Assembly: GCA_044341025.1 (NCBI GenBank)
Contig: JBIISM010000013.1
Coordinates: 643-64,642 of the forward strand
Length of the DNA stretch: 64,000 nt
Direction of reading: 5' to 3'
Origin: Bacteroidia bacterium
GTDB taxonomy: Bacteria > Bacteroidota > Bacteroidia > NS11-12g > UBA955
Shown in pieces: positions 46,535-56,060 of this stretch; positions within the stretch are counted from its first letter, which is position 1; every line of letters begins with the position of its first letter. The position numbers and the translations under genes are program-made. Below the pieces are notes generated by a model. The model was not told the DNA's origin. It did no database searches and worked only from the letters and a program-made list of their open reading frames with translations.

Positions 46535-47296
46535 TTACCATTCTGATCCTGGGTATGCACGTTGCAAATACTGCATTTCGGCCAATATAAACCCTAAATG
46601 CTCACTGTGTAGGCCTTTTTTGCCACCTTTTTGTTGAAAATCAGAACTGGGTATGCTTAATGTTGCTTCGGTTAAAATATCCTCAACTTTTGATTTCCAT
46701 TTTTGAGACAATAAGGCTAAATCTGGTGCAATGCCTATTCCAGTCATTTCAACCTCAGTCGCAGAAGGGATAAAAAATTCACCTGTATATTCCCAAAGGG
46801 CGCTCACTGCATTTTGCATTTTTAAATGACTGATTTCAGTTCCATCGCCCAATCGAATCATCCATTCACTGCTCCATTTTAAATGGTAGGCAGATTCTTT
46901 TATGGTCTTTTTCGCAATTTCTTTTATGCGCTCATCCGCGCTGTTTACAAGAGCTTCTTGCAAATAGTAATGAAATACATCGTAGAAAAATTGTCTTGTA
47001 ATTGTATAAGCCCAATCGGTATTGTGCTGTTCTAGTAGCAAGGTGTTGCGGTATTGCATCACATCCCTTAAAAAGGCAACAGTATCTTCGGTGCTATTAC
47101 CCCCTGTTAACTCTGCGGCGTATTGGTATAAGCTGCGCGCTTCTCCAATTAAATCTAAGGTGATATTGGTTAATGCAATGTCTTGCTCTAGCACTGGGCC
47201 GTGACCGCACCATTCCGCGTTACGCTGACCCAATATCATGCTGTTATCTGCTAGATGCAGAATGTAGTCAATGAGTATTTCGTTGTTTGCAGCCAT
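46535..47296 (-). CDS. paaC: Phenylacetyl-CoA epoxidase subunit C
   Basis: LADNSMILGQR..EWCGHGPVLEQDIA and HSEHLG..LAEMQYLQR.YP..EW motifs. Confidence 0.95.
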   Translation of the reverse strand: MAANNEILIDYILHLADNSMILGQRNAEWCGHGPVLEQDIALTNITLDLIGEARSLYQYAAELTGGNSTEDTVAFLRDVMQYRNTLLLEQHNTDWAYTITRQFFYDVFHYYLQEALVNSADERIKEIAKKTIKESAYHLKWSSEWMIRLGDGTEISHLKMQNAVSALWEYTGEFFIPSATEVEMTGIGIAPDLALLSQKWKSKVEDILTEATLSIPSSDFQQKGGKKGLHSEHLGFILAEMQYLQRAYPGSEW

Positions 47297-47583
47297 TACA
47301 TGTGGTTCAATTCTTCTGGTAAATCATAGAAGGTAGGATGTCTGTATATTTTGTCATTTGCTGGTTCAAACAATGCCTCTTGTTCAGACGGTTCACTGGC
47401 GTGAACATGTTTGCTTTCTACAACCCAAATGCTAATTCCTTCCATTCTTCTGGTGTATACATCACGGGCATTCTCAATTGCCATTTGCAAATCTGCAGCG
47501 TGCAAACTGCCAACATGCTTATGGTTCAAGCCCTGTTTTGCGCGTATAAACACCTCCCATAGAGGCCATTCTTTTGTGCTCAT
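47296..47583 (-). CDS. paaB: Phenylacetyl-CoA epoxidase subunit B
   Basis: WPLWEVFIR...HVGSLHAAD...ARDVYTRR.EG.SIWVV...YRHPTFY. Confidence 0.96.
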   Translation of the reverse strand: MSTKEWPLWEVFIRAKQGLNHKHVGSLHAADLQMAIENARDVYTRRMEGISIWVVESKHVHASEPSEQEALFEPANDKIYRHPTFYDLPEELNHM

Positions 47584-48533
47584 TATGCTGCTTCTGTTTG
47601 ATTCTTGGTTCTTAATTCTCTTTTTTCGGCGTAGGCTGTGGCAGCTTCTCTAACCCAAGCGCCATTTTCCCAAGCATCCACTCTAGCCTTCAATCTTTGC
47701 TTGTTGCATGGTCCATTTCCTGCAACCACTTGGAAAAATTCTTCCCAATCAATTACACCAAAATCATAATGCCCGCGTTCCTCATTCCATTTTAAGTCTT
47801 TGTCTGGAATGCTTAACCCTAGTATCTCAGTTTGTGCAACCGTTACGTCCACAAATTTTTGTCTTAATTCGTCGTTGCTGAAGCGCTTTATTTTCCATTT
47901 CATGCTTTGTGCACTGTTTGGAGAATTGTCGTCATTTGGTCCAAACATCATGATGCTTGGCCACCACCATCTGTTTAAAGCATCTTGAGCCAGGGCTTTT
48001 TGAGCTTCTGTTCCTTTGCTTAGGGTTAACATAATTTCGTATCCTTGTCTTTGGTGGAATGATTCTTCTTTACATACCCTAACCATGGCTCTTGCATATG
48101 GCCCATAACTTGTTCTGCAAAGCGGAACTTGGTTCATAATAGCGGCACCATCAACCAACCATCCAATAGCACCCATATCTGCCCAAGTTAAAGTTGGGTA
48201 ATTGAAAATACTGCTGTATTTCGCTTTTCCACTGTGAAGTTCTTCAAACATTTCATCGCGGCTCATGCCCAATGTTTCTGCAGCAGAATAGAGGTATAAT
48301 CCATGGCCTGCTTCATCTTGAACCTTTGCCAATAAGGCAACTTTACGGCGTAGATTCGGAGCACGGGTAATCCAATTGCCTTCAGGTAACATACCAACTA
48401 TTTCACTGTGAGCGTGTTGCGATATTTGGCGCAGCAAGGTTTTACGGTATTTTTCCGGCATCCAATCTCTTGGTTCGATTTTAATCTCTTGGTCGATTTT
48501 ATCTTGGAATAATGCTTCTAATTTGATTTCCAT
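47583..48533 (-). CDS. paaA: Phenylacetyl-CoA epoxidase subunit A
   Basis: [30 protein letters not shown] and [10 protein letters not shown] motifs. Confidence 0.97.
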   Translation of the reverse strand: MEIKLEALFQDKIDQEIKIEPRDWMPEKYRKTLLRQISQHAHSEIVGMLPEGNWITRAPNLRRKVALLAKVQDEAGHGLYLYSAAETLGMSRDEMFEELHSGKAKYSSIFNYPTLTWADMGAIGWLVDGAAIMNQVPLCRTSYGPYARAMVRVCKEESFHQRQGYEIMLTLSKGTEAQKALAQDALNRWWWPSIMMFGPNDDNSPNSAQSMKWKIKRFSNDELRQKFVDVTVAQTEILGLSIPDKDLKWNEERGHYDFGVIDWEEFFQVVAGNGPCNKQRLKARVDAWENGAWVREAATAYAEKRELRTKNQTEAA

Positions 48534-48644
48534 GGGTGTTTATTTTAAAGTAAAATAAGATGACAAATTTATAAATAAACAATCCACTTTGCAAGTGGTT
48601 TTGATTTTTAATATTTTTCCATAAAGTTCTTAACCCAATAAAAA

Positions 48645-48710
48645 TGATATAGATCAGTTCTTTTGACTGCTCTATGTCATGATGATCTTTTTCAAATAGC
48701 TATATTTTTG
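48645..48710 (+). promoter_or_regulatory. Crp/Fnr-type double box plus -7 element upstream of the usp-ccoI genes
   Basis: TGAT-ATAG-ATCA (48645), TGCT-CTAT-GTCA (48668), TATTTTTG (48703). Confidence 0.6.
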
Positions 48711-48738
48711 TGCTTTAGTATATTTAATCTTCAGAAAT

Positions 48739-49563
48739 ATGAAACACAATAAAATAGTTTTTGCGGCTCACGATTTCAGTCCAGCCTCTAAAAATGCTCT
48801 AGAATTAGCCGCCGACCTAGCATTTAAAACAGGATCCCGTTTGTTTATTTACCATGTTGTTTCAACTTCTGTTCTAACAGATAGCGAGAATTTGTATACC
48901 TACAATCCTGAATTAGACATCAAAAAAGCTTCTGCCTTGCTTCGTCGACGCATTTCCTATTTGAAAAAAACGCGTTCAGGAATGCAAATTGCTTTCGAAG
49001 TTGATTATGGTTTTTTAATTCCTACTATTGCAGAAAAGGTGGAGTCTCTGTCTCCATGGATTTCAGTGCTCGGCGTTAAAAAAAGAACAGGCTTAGACAA
49101 AGTTATTTTCGGCGATGTGTGTACAACGCTAATCGGGAAAATTCAAAGCCCTTTATTTGTTGTTCCTTTCAATTCTAAGTCTCTTAGTTTAGACCATATT
49201 GCCTATGCTTGGGACGGTAAATCTGCAGAAGTTCGTCAATTGTCAGTTTTAAAAGAAATGCTTGGAAGTCACAATGCGACGATTACTGCTCTAAATGTTT
49301 CTCATTACGACGCAGCCGTTGAGCGCAATACAGGGAATTTTAAACAAGGCCTTAAAAAAATGTTTTCTTCTCAGTCTATCGATCTCAAACAAATTCAAGG
49401 ACTTGATAAAGAAGTTGAATTTGAGAAAGCAATTAAACATTTGAAACCAGATATCTTGGTTGTTTATGCCCACCATTATAATGTTTGGCAAAATCTGTTT
49501 CACAAGCGGTTTTCTAAGTATGCACTTAAATTTACCCAATCTCCAGTTTTAATCGTTTGTTAA
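48739..49563 (+). CDS. Universal stress protein
   Basis: AHDFSPAS.NAL and FGDV..LI..I.SPLFVVP motifs; two USP domains. Confidence 0.85.
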   Translation: MKHNKIVFAAHDFSPASKNALELAADLAFKTGSRLFIYHVVSTSVLTDSENLYTYNPELDIKKASALLRRRISYLKKTRSGMQIAFEVDYGFLIPTIAEKVESLSPWISVLGVKKRTGLDKVIFGDVCTTLIGKIQSPLFVVPFNSKSLSLDHIAYAWDGKSAEVRQLSVLKEMLGSHNATITALNVSHYDAAVERNTGNFKQGLKKMFSSQSIDLKQIQGLDKEVEFEKAIKHLKPDILVVYAHHYNVWQNLFHKRFSKYALKFTQSPVLIVC

Positions 49564-49575
49564 GTTTCTTGAGTT

Positions 49576-52011
49576 ATGGATATTGATCTGAAGGCAGGCG
49601 TTTTAACTGAGAAGTTAAATAAAACCAAAGTTTCAAACATCAAACCATGTGTCCACTGTGGCCTTCCATGTGAAAACCATGCACTTATAGAATCTGATTT
49701 AAACTTTTGTTGCACTGGTTGTGCCGCCGTCTTTACCCTTCTTAGCGACAGCAACATGTGCCGCTATTATGAAGAAGGTAAAGGTTTAACGCCCGAATCA
49801 ACAGAGCAGGGAGGTTTGGATTTTTTAGATGAAATTGAGCCCGCCGATAAATTCAAAATCTTTAGCCAGGGCGATATTGTTCAATATAAATTTAGAATAC
49901 CAGGAATGCATTGTAATTCTTGTATTTATTTGTTGGAGCGCTTAGACAGGTTAAATAACTCAGTATTATCGTCTCGTGTCGATTTCTTTAATAAGGAACT
50001 CTTAGTCACCGTTAAGAATGGCCCACAAGTTTTGTCCAGTTTGGTTGCCCTTTTATTTGGCTTGGGTTACAAACCCGACCTAACACTTTCTAACAATTCT
50101 GGAGCCAAGAAAAATAAATTTTCGACTCGGACCATTAAAATTGGTGTGGCAGGTTTTTGTTTTGGAAACATTATGATGCTAAGTTTTCCTGAGTACTTGG
50201 GCCTGTCTTTAGATGCCTCTAGCATCACTCTAAAACATTGGTTCGATTACATCAGCTTGGCTTTGTCTTTACCTGTCTTGTTTTATTGTTCATCTGAATT
50301 TTTTGAGCGTTCGTACAAAGCAATTAGAACCCGCACGCTCAATATCGACCTGCCTATTACTTTAGCTATTGTTGCGGCATTTGGCCGCAGTTTATACGAA
50401 TTGTTTGTTATGAACCATTCGGGCTATTTTGACAGCATGACGGGCATCGTATTTCTTTTGCTAACTGGCCGGTATTTTCAAGATTTAAGTTACCATTCTT
50501 TAAGCTTCGACCGCGATTACCGCTCATATTTTCCATTGTCTGCAAGATTGATTGTTAATGGAGGAGCTCAAGTTGTAAATATTTCTAAACTTCTAGAGAG
50601 CGATACCATTGAATTGCGTAATTCTGAACTATTGCCTGCTGATGCAGTTCTTTCTTCAGGGGTCGTGAGCGTTGACTACAGTTTTATTACTGGCGAATCA
50701 AAACCAGTGGCTGTGCAAGCAGGTGATAAGGTATATGCAGGGGCTGTTATCAATGGCCGTTCAGCACAATTTAAGCTATTGGGTTCTACAGACAACAGCC
50801 GCTTGGTTAAATTATGGGCCATCGAAAAAGACAAATCAAATAAAGACAATTCATTAACTGAAAAATTAAATTATTATTTCACATTGGGTTTGCTCATCGT
50901 TGGTGCTTTTGCTTTTATTTACCAATACAATATGAATGGCTTAGAAGAGTCTTTTAAGTCGCTTACCAGTGTTCTCATTGTAGCTTGTCCTTGCATACTA
51001 TTACTTGCTACAAGCTTCGCTAATGGGCATTTGCTCAGAACGCTCAAAAACAATGGGATGTTTGTAAAGAACAAAGATACTTTAAGTCAAATGGCCAAGT
51101 GTGACACATTTATTTTTGATAAAACGGGAACCTTAACCGATAACAAAGCCTTTGAAGTTAGCAATCAAACATGTTTAAGCGCTGAAGAACTTAGCATGCT
51201 TGGCTTTTTATGCTATCAATCTGTTCACCCATATAGTGTTGCCATCGCCCATGAGTTTTATAAAGTAAATTTCAAATTGGATGCATACACTGACTTTGCA
51301 GGCAAGGGCCTGCAAGGTTTAATTAATTCCACTCGAATTAGATTAGGGTCTGCACTTTTTCTCAAACAAGAACATGGCAATATAGGGCAAGGTCAAAGTG
51401 CGGTTCATGTTGAAATTAACGGCCAGTACAAAGGCTGTTTTCTTCTTACCCACCGCATACGCCCTGAAACCAACAGGGTCTTGTTAGATCTAAAAAGGCA
51501 AGGATATTCCCTATATCTTTCTAGCGGAGACAATGGGTTGAATCCGGAAATAAACCATGCTGTTTTTGAACAAGCTTTGATAAAACAACAACCTGAGGAC
51601 AAAGTTATATTGGTTAAAAAATTAAAGCATGAAGGCAAAATTGTGTGCATGGCAGGGGATGGTTTAAACGACGCGCCAGCCCTTAAAGAAGCTGATGTTG
51701 CCGTTTCAGTTGCCGACCACGAGAATTCATTCTTCCCTGCATGTGATGTGCTATTGACCGCCAATGCCTTGGGTAGTTTGCCGTCTTTAATGCAAATGGT
51801 TAAAGCAGCAAAATGGGTTGTGATCGTGAGTTTTGCATTCTCCTTGGTCTATAATGTCATTGGACTTTATTACGCAATTACCGCACAGTTATCACCTCTC
51901 ACTGCGGCCATATTAATGCCGAGTAGCTCCATTTCCATGTTGATTATTACTTGGGTAATGACCAATTTAATGGCTAAATTAATCATTAAACGAAAACAAG
52001 TCTTGGTCTAA
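49576..52011 (+). CDS. ccoI: P1B-type heavy-metal ATPase (CcoI/FixI-like)
   Basis: CVHCG...FCCTGC metal domain, GMHCNSC, TGES, CPC, DKTGT, HP and GDGLND motifs. Confidence 0.9.
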   Translation: MDIDLKAGVLTEKLNKTKVSNIKPCVHCGLPCENHALIESDLNFCCTGCAAVFTLLSDSNMCRYYEEGKGLTPESTEQGGLDFLDEIEPADKFKIFSQGDIVQYKFRIPGMHCNSCIYLLERLDRLNNSVLSSRVDFFNKELLVTVKNGPQVLSSLVALLFGLGYKPDLTLSNNSGAKKNKFSTRTIKIGVAGFCFGNIMMLSFPEYLGLSLDASSITLKHWFDYISLALSLPVLFYCSSEFFERSYKAIRTRTLNIDLPITLAIVAAFGRSLYELFVMNHSGYFDSMTGIVFLLLTGRYFQDLSYHSLSFDRDYRSYFPLSARLIVNGGAQVVNISKLLESDTIELRNSELLPADAVLSSGVVSVDYSFITGESKPVAVQAGDKVYAGAVINGRSAQFKLLGSTDNSRLVKLWAIEKDKSNKDNSLTEKLNYYFTLGLLIVGAFAFIYQYNMNGLEESFKSLTSVLIVACPCILLLATSFANGHLLRTLKNNGMFVKNKDTLSQMAKCDTFIFDKTGTLTDNKAFEVSNQTCLSAEELSMLGFLCYQSVHPYSVAIAHEFYKVNFKLDAYTDFAGKGLQGLINSTRIRLGSALFLKQEHGNIGQGQSAVHVEINGQYKGCFLLTHRIRPETNRVLLDLKRQGYSLYLSSGDNGLNPEINHAVFEQALIKQQPEDKVILVKKLKHEGKIVCMAGDGLNDAPALKEADVAVSVADHENSFFPACDVLLTANALGSLPSLMQMVKAAKWVVIVSFAFSLVYNVIGLYYAITAQLSPLTAAILMPSSSISMLIITWVMTNLMAKLIIKRKQVLV

Positions 52012-52354
52012 ATTTGAACCGGGAGGGGTTAATTCAGTCGTTTAATTGATTCCAAATCACAATTAAAGGTATGCGCTGTCATATGTTTAAAGGTGTTGGC
52101 ATCGTATTTTCAACTTGTGCCTGTTTAGAAGATTTCTTTGTTGTCAATAAATATGACAGCGCTTAGGTCTTTTTTAAAATCCATCGAAATATGTAAATTC
52201 TAATAATGCTTTAATTTTTAGCTAAATTGTATAGATTTTAATGCAGACTTTCCTTTTGTTTTTAAATGACAGTAAAATAAGTTCTTGTGTGTTTAAACAA
52301 GATTTTATTTGCATATCCACATCTATAAGTTTCCAATATTCCACAGCCTAATGC

Positions 52355-52419
52355 TGACGAGCATCAGTTATTATACTGATTCAGGTCATCGATTCAAAAA
52401 ACGCAAATAAATATTTTTG
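52355..52419 (+). promoter_or_regulatory. Crp/Fnr-type double box plus -7 element upstream of ccoS
   Basis: TGAC-GAGC-ATCA (52355), TGAT-TCAG-GTCA (52377), TATTTTTG (52412). Confidence 0.65.
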
Positions 52420-52423
52420 AACC

Positions 52424-52597
52424 ATGGAAATCATGATACTTTTAATAGGCGCAAGTATGCTATTGGCATTGTTCTTTTTAATCATGTTTATCCGCGCCGG
52501 AATGCGAGGGCAATTCCGCGATACCTATACACCATCCGTTCGGATTTTATTCGAAGATGAAGAAACAGAAAATCCCAAAATAAACAGATATGAATAA
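52424..52597 (+). CDS. ccoS: cbb3 oxidase maturation protein CcoS (57 aa, missing from the ORF track)
   Basis: MEIMILLIGASMLLALFFLIMF...GQFRDTYTPSVRILFED; overlaps the ccoN start. Confidence 0.9.
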   Translation: MEIMILLIGASMLLALFFLIMFIRAGMRGQFRDTYTPSVRILFEDEETENPKINRYE

Positions 52598-54725
52598 AGA
52601 AACCTTCTATTATGACAACAAAATCGTGAAATGGTTTGCCTATGCGACTATGCTCTGGTCGCTTGTAGGTATGCTCGTTGGATTACTTGCGGCATTTCAG
52701 CTCGTATTTCCGGTCTTAAACTTCGACCTTGCTCAAACGAGTTTTGGCCGGATTAGACCGGTTCACACCAACGCCATCATCTTTGCCTTTATAGGCAATG
52801 GTATTTTTATGGGTGTCTACTACTCTTTGCAACGTTTATGCAAGGCTAGAATTTTTAATGATACTCTGAGTAAAATACATTTTTGGGGATGGCAATTAAT
52901 TATTGTTCTTGCTGCAGTTACCTTGCTTGCTGGTTATACAACCGGTAAAGAGTATGCAGAACTAGAATGGCCGATCGATATCTTAATTGCTCTTATTTGG
53001 GTCGTATTTGGTTGGAACATGTTTGGCACCATTTTAAAACGCAGAGAACGCCATTTATATGTCGCCATTTGGTTTTATATCGCAACTTTTGTAACTGTTG
53101 CCGTATTGCATATTGTGAATTCATTTGAATTGCCATTTAGCTGGATGAAGAGTTATAGTTTTTATGCAGGTATGCAAGATGCTTTGGTTCAATGGTGGTA
53201 TGGCCACAATGCCGTTGCATTCTTTTTAACTACGCCTTACCTGGGTTTGATGTATTACTTCTTGCCGAAAGCAGCAGATAGACCTGTGTATTCTTACAGA
53301 TTGTCAATTATCCACTTCTGGGCTTTGATATTCTTATACATTTGGGCTGGTCCTCACCACTTGTTGTATACGTCATTGCCAGATTGGGCACAATCCTTAG
53401 GTGTTGTGTTTTCAGTGATGTTAATTGCTCCAAGTTGGGGTGGTATGATTAATGGATTATTAACCCTTAGGGGTGTTTGGGATAAAGTTAGAGAAGATGT
53501 GGTATTGAAATTTATGGTTGTTGCAGTTACAGCCTACGGTATGGCAACTTTCGAAGGTCCAATGCTTTCTTTCAAAAACGTAAATGCAATTGCCCACTTT
53601 ACCGATTGGATTGTTGCCCACGTGCACGTTGGCGCTTTGGGTTGGAACGGTTTTTTAACCTTTGGAATCTTATATTGGTTAATTCCTCGAATTTTTAAAA
53701 CCGACCTTTACAGTAAAAGCATTGCCAATACACACTTCTGGTTAGGAACACTTGGCATTCTTTTGTATGCAATACCAATGTACTGGGCTGGTTGGACACA
53801 AAGTTTAATGTGGAAAGAATTTACGCCAGACGGAACTTTGAAATACCAATTCCTTGAAACGGTTGTGCAATTAAAGCCTTTTTATCTATTGCGTTCTATT
53901 GGTGGTACTTTGTATTTTCTCGGTGCAATTTTAATGGTCTATAATTTAATCAAAACCATTCGCGCTGGTAAAGCAGTTGACGATGAAGTAGCCGAAGCGG
54001 CTCCATTAACCGACGACTATGTGCCACATCATACTGAGCACTGGCACCGCTGGGTTGAAAGAAGACCTGTTCAATTATTGGTGTTCTCACTGGTTGTGAT
54101 TTTAATAGGTGGAGCAGTCGAATTTATTCCTTCTTTTTTAATCAAAAGCAATGTGCCTACCATTAGCAGTGTAAAACCATATACTCCACTCGAATTGCAA
54201 GGCAGGGACATATACATCCGCGAAGGTTGTTACACCTGCCACTCTCAAATGGTTCGTCCGTTCAGAAGCGAAACAGCAAGATATGGAGAATACTCAAAAG
54301 CAGGCGAGTTTGTGTACGATCATCCATTCCAATGGGGCAGTAAACGCACGGGTCCAGACTTGGCAAGAGAAGGTACACAAAAAATTAGAAAACCGAACTC
54401 TTGGCATTTCAACCATATGTATGAGCCACAAACAATTTCTCCAGGCTCTATAATGCCGCGTTACACTTGGTTGTTCGAAAATGATATCGATATGGACATT
54501 ACAGAGGCAAAAATTAAAGCCATGCAAACATTAGGTGTTCCATATGAGCAAGGTTACGAAAAGGAGGCCAACAAAGATCTAATGAAACAAGCCAATGAAA
54601 TTGTGGCTGATCTTCAAAAGGAAAACATCAAAGCAATGCCTCAAAAAGAAATTATTGCCTTGATCGCTTACCTTCAAAGATTGGGTACCGATATCAGTGC
54701 TGAACCAACCAATACTCAAAAATAA
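52590..54725 (+). CDS. ccoNO: cbb3-type cytochrome c oxidase fused subunits I/II
   Basis: WWYGHN, WAGPHH and AHVH heme-copper motifs plus the CYTCH c-type heme site. Confidence 0.97.
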   Translation: MNKETFYYDNKIVKWFAYATMLWSLVGMLVGLLAAFQLVFPVLNFDLAQTSFGRIRPVHTNAIIFAFIGNGIFMGVYYSLQRLCKARIFNDTLSKIHFWGWQLIIVLAAVTLLAGYTTGKEYAELEWPIDILIALIWVVFGWNMFGTILKRRERHLYVAIWFYIATFVTVAVLHIVNSFELPFSWMKSYSFYAGMQDALVQWWYGHNAVAFFLTTPYLGLMYYFLPKAADRPVYSYRLSIIHFWALIFLYIWAGPHHLLYTSLPDWAQSLGVVFSVMLIAPSWGGMINGLLTLRGVWDKVREDVVLKFMVVAVTAYGMATFEGPMLSFKNVNAIAHFTDWIVAHVHVGALGWNGFLTFGILYWLIPRIFKTDLYSKSIANTHFWLGTLGILLYAIPMYWAGWTQSLMWKEFTPDGTLKYQFLETVVQLKPFYLLRSIGGTLYFLGAILMVYNLIKTIRAGKAVDDEVAEAAPLTDDYVPHHTEHWHRWVERRPVQLLVFSLVVILIGGAVEFIPSFLIKSNVPTISSVKPYTPLELQGRDIYIREGCYTCHSQMVRPFRSETARYGEYSKAGEFVYDHPFQWGSKRTGPDLAREGTQKIRKPNSWHFNHMYEPQTISPGSIMPRYTWLFENDIDMDITEAKIKAMQTLGVPYEQGYEKEANKDLMKQANEIVADLQKENIKAMPQKEIIALIAYLQRLGTDISAEPTNTQK

Positions 54726-54729
54726 ACTT

Positions 54730-54900
54730 ATGAAATTCATTCATTATTTGGAAAATATATCTGGAGTAAGCATTTACCCATTGACTTCACTGCTCATATT
54801 TTTTATCTTTTTTGTGGTACTACTTTGGTTCGTGCTAAAAACAGATAAGCAGTATTTAAAAGAAATAGAACAAATTCCATTCGATAACAACAAGAAATAA
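54730..54900 (+). CDS. ccoQ: cbb3 oxidase subunit CcoQ
   Basis: MKFIHYLENISGVSIYPLTSLLIFFIFF..LL; single TM helix between ccoNO and ccoP. Confidence 0.85.
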   Translation: MKFIHYLENISGVSIYPLTSLLIFFIFFVVLLWFVLKTDKQYLKEIEQIPFDNNKK

Positions 54901-54902
54901 TT

Positions 54903-56060
54903 ATGATGAGAACAATCAAAACAATAAGCTTCGTCATCGCGACCTTGATATCTTTCAATTGCTATTCACTTAGCCCTGATCCTAAAGCGGAATCAATTGG
55001 AAGCAATCCACTTTTCCTAGCAATGGGCATACTTGCCGCTGTTTTACTCTTCGTCATAATGATTTTATCGGGTGTCTTAAGGACAGCCGTAAAAACCAAA
55101 ATCCGTGAAATTGTTGCAAATAAAGGAACCCAAGCAATCTTTCTTTTAATGGTGTTTTTTAACTCAAGCAATGCTTTCGCTCAAAGTATAGCTCCTGCAG
55201 TCCCAAAAAGCATATACGAATCGGATGCAATTGCTGGCATGCATCCACTGGGATTTTATTCGCTGTTTACCGTATTGTTGCTCGAATTATTTGTCATACT
55301 TTGGCTGTGCTTGATCATTTTAAGGATTATTGTAAAACGAGAGGCTGTGGCTTCTCAAACCGCTGGTGAAAAAGTTAAAAAGGAATCTTTCCTAAGCAAT
55401 TTCATCTCAAGAAAATTGTTAGGTGTGAAGCCCGTTGAAACAGACAAAGATGTTATGCTTGACCACGACTATGATGGAATTAAAGAATTGGACAACGATT
55501 TGCCACCTTGGTGGAAATACGGTTTCTATCTAACCATAATTGCAGGTATCATTTATTTTATTAGTTACCATGTAACGCACAACTCCAAATCGAGTTTGGA
55601 AGAGTATGAATACGAAATGGCAGATGCTGAAAAAAGTGTGAATGCATATAAAGCAACTCTGGCTTCCAATGTCGATGAAACCAATGCAATGTATGCTGCT
55701 GATGCAGACAAAATAGTTGCCGGTAAAGCAATTTTTGTAAAGAACTGTGTTGTGTGTCATGGCAATGAAGGCCAAGGTTTGGTCGGACCTAATTTTGCCG
55801 ATAAATATTGGGTTTACGGCAATAAAGCAGTGGATTTGTTTAAAATCGTTAAAAACGGCACCAACAAGGGGATGAAGGCTTGGAAAGATGAGCTTAGTCC
55901 TGTGGATATTCAAAATGTGATTAGTTACATTCATACACTAGAAGGCACCAATCCTGCAAATCCAAAAGCGCCTGACGGTGTTTTGATAGAAGATGCGCTT
56001 ATATCAAACAGCGACACCATGGGGTTAAATGATTCAATTAAAGTTATTGAAGTTCAATAA
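54903..56060 (+). CDS. ccoP: cbb3 oxidase subunit III
   Basis: DHDYDGIKELDNDLPPWW, CVVCH and GPN motifs. Confidence 0.95.
   Translation: MMRTIKTISFVIATLISFNCYSLSPDPKAESIGSNPLFLAMGILAAVLLFVIMILSGVLRTAVKTKIREIVANKGTQAIFLLMVFFNSSNAFAQSIAPAVPKSIYESDAIAGMHPLGFYSLFTVLLLELFVILWLCLIILRIIVKREAVASQTAGEKVKKESFLSNFISRKLLGVKPVETDKDVMLDHDYDGIKELDNDLPPWWKYGFYLTIIAGIIYFISYHVTHNSKSSLEEYEYEMADAEKSVNAYKATLASNVDETNAMYAADADKIVAGKAIFVKNCVVCHGNEGQGLVGPNFADKYWVYGNKAVDLFKIVKNGTNKGMKAWKDELSPVDIQNVISYIHTLEGTNPANPKAPDGVLIEDALISNSDTMGLNDSIKVIEVQ

Noticed and set aside
46535-48533. paaABC without paaD/paaE as a novel truncated epoxidase
   Set aside because: paa genes are often dispersed in Bacteroidota, so absence from a 64-kb window is uninformative.
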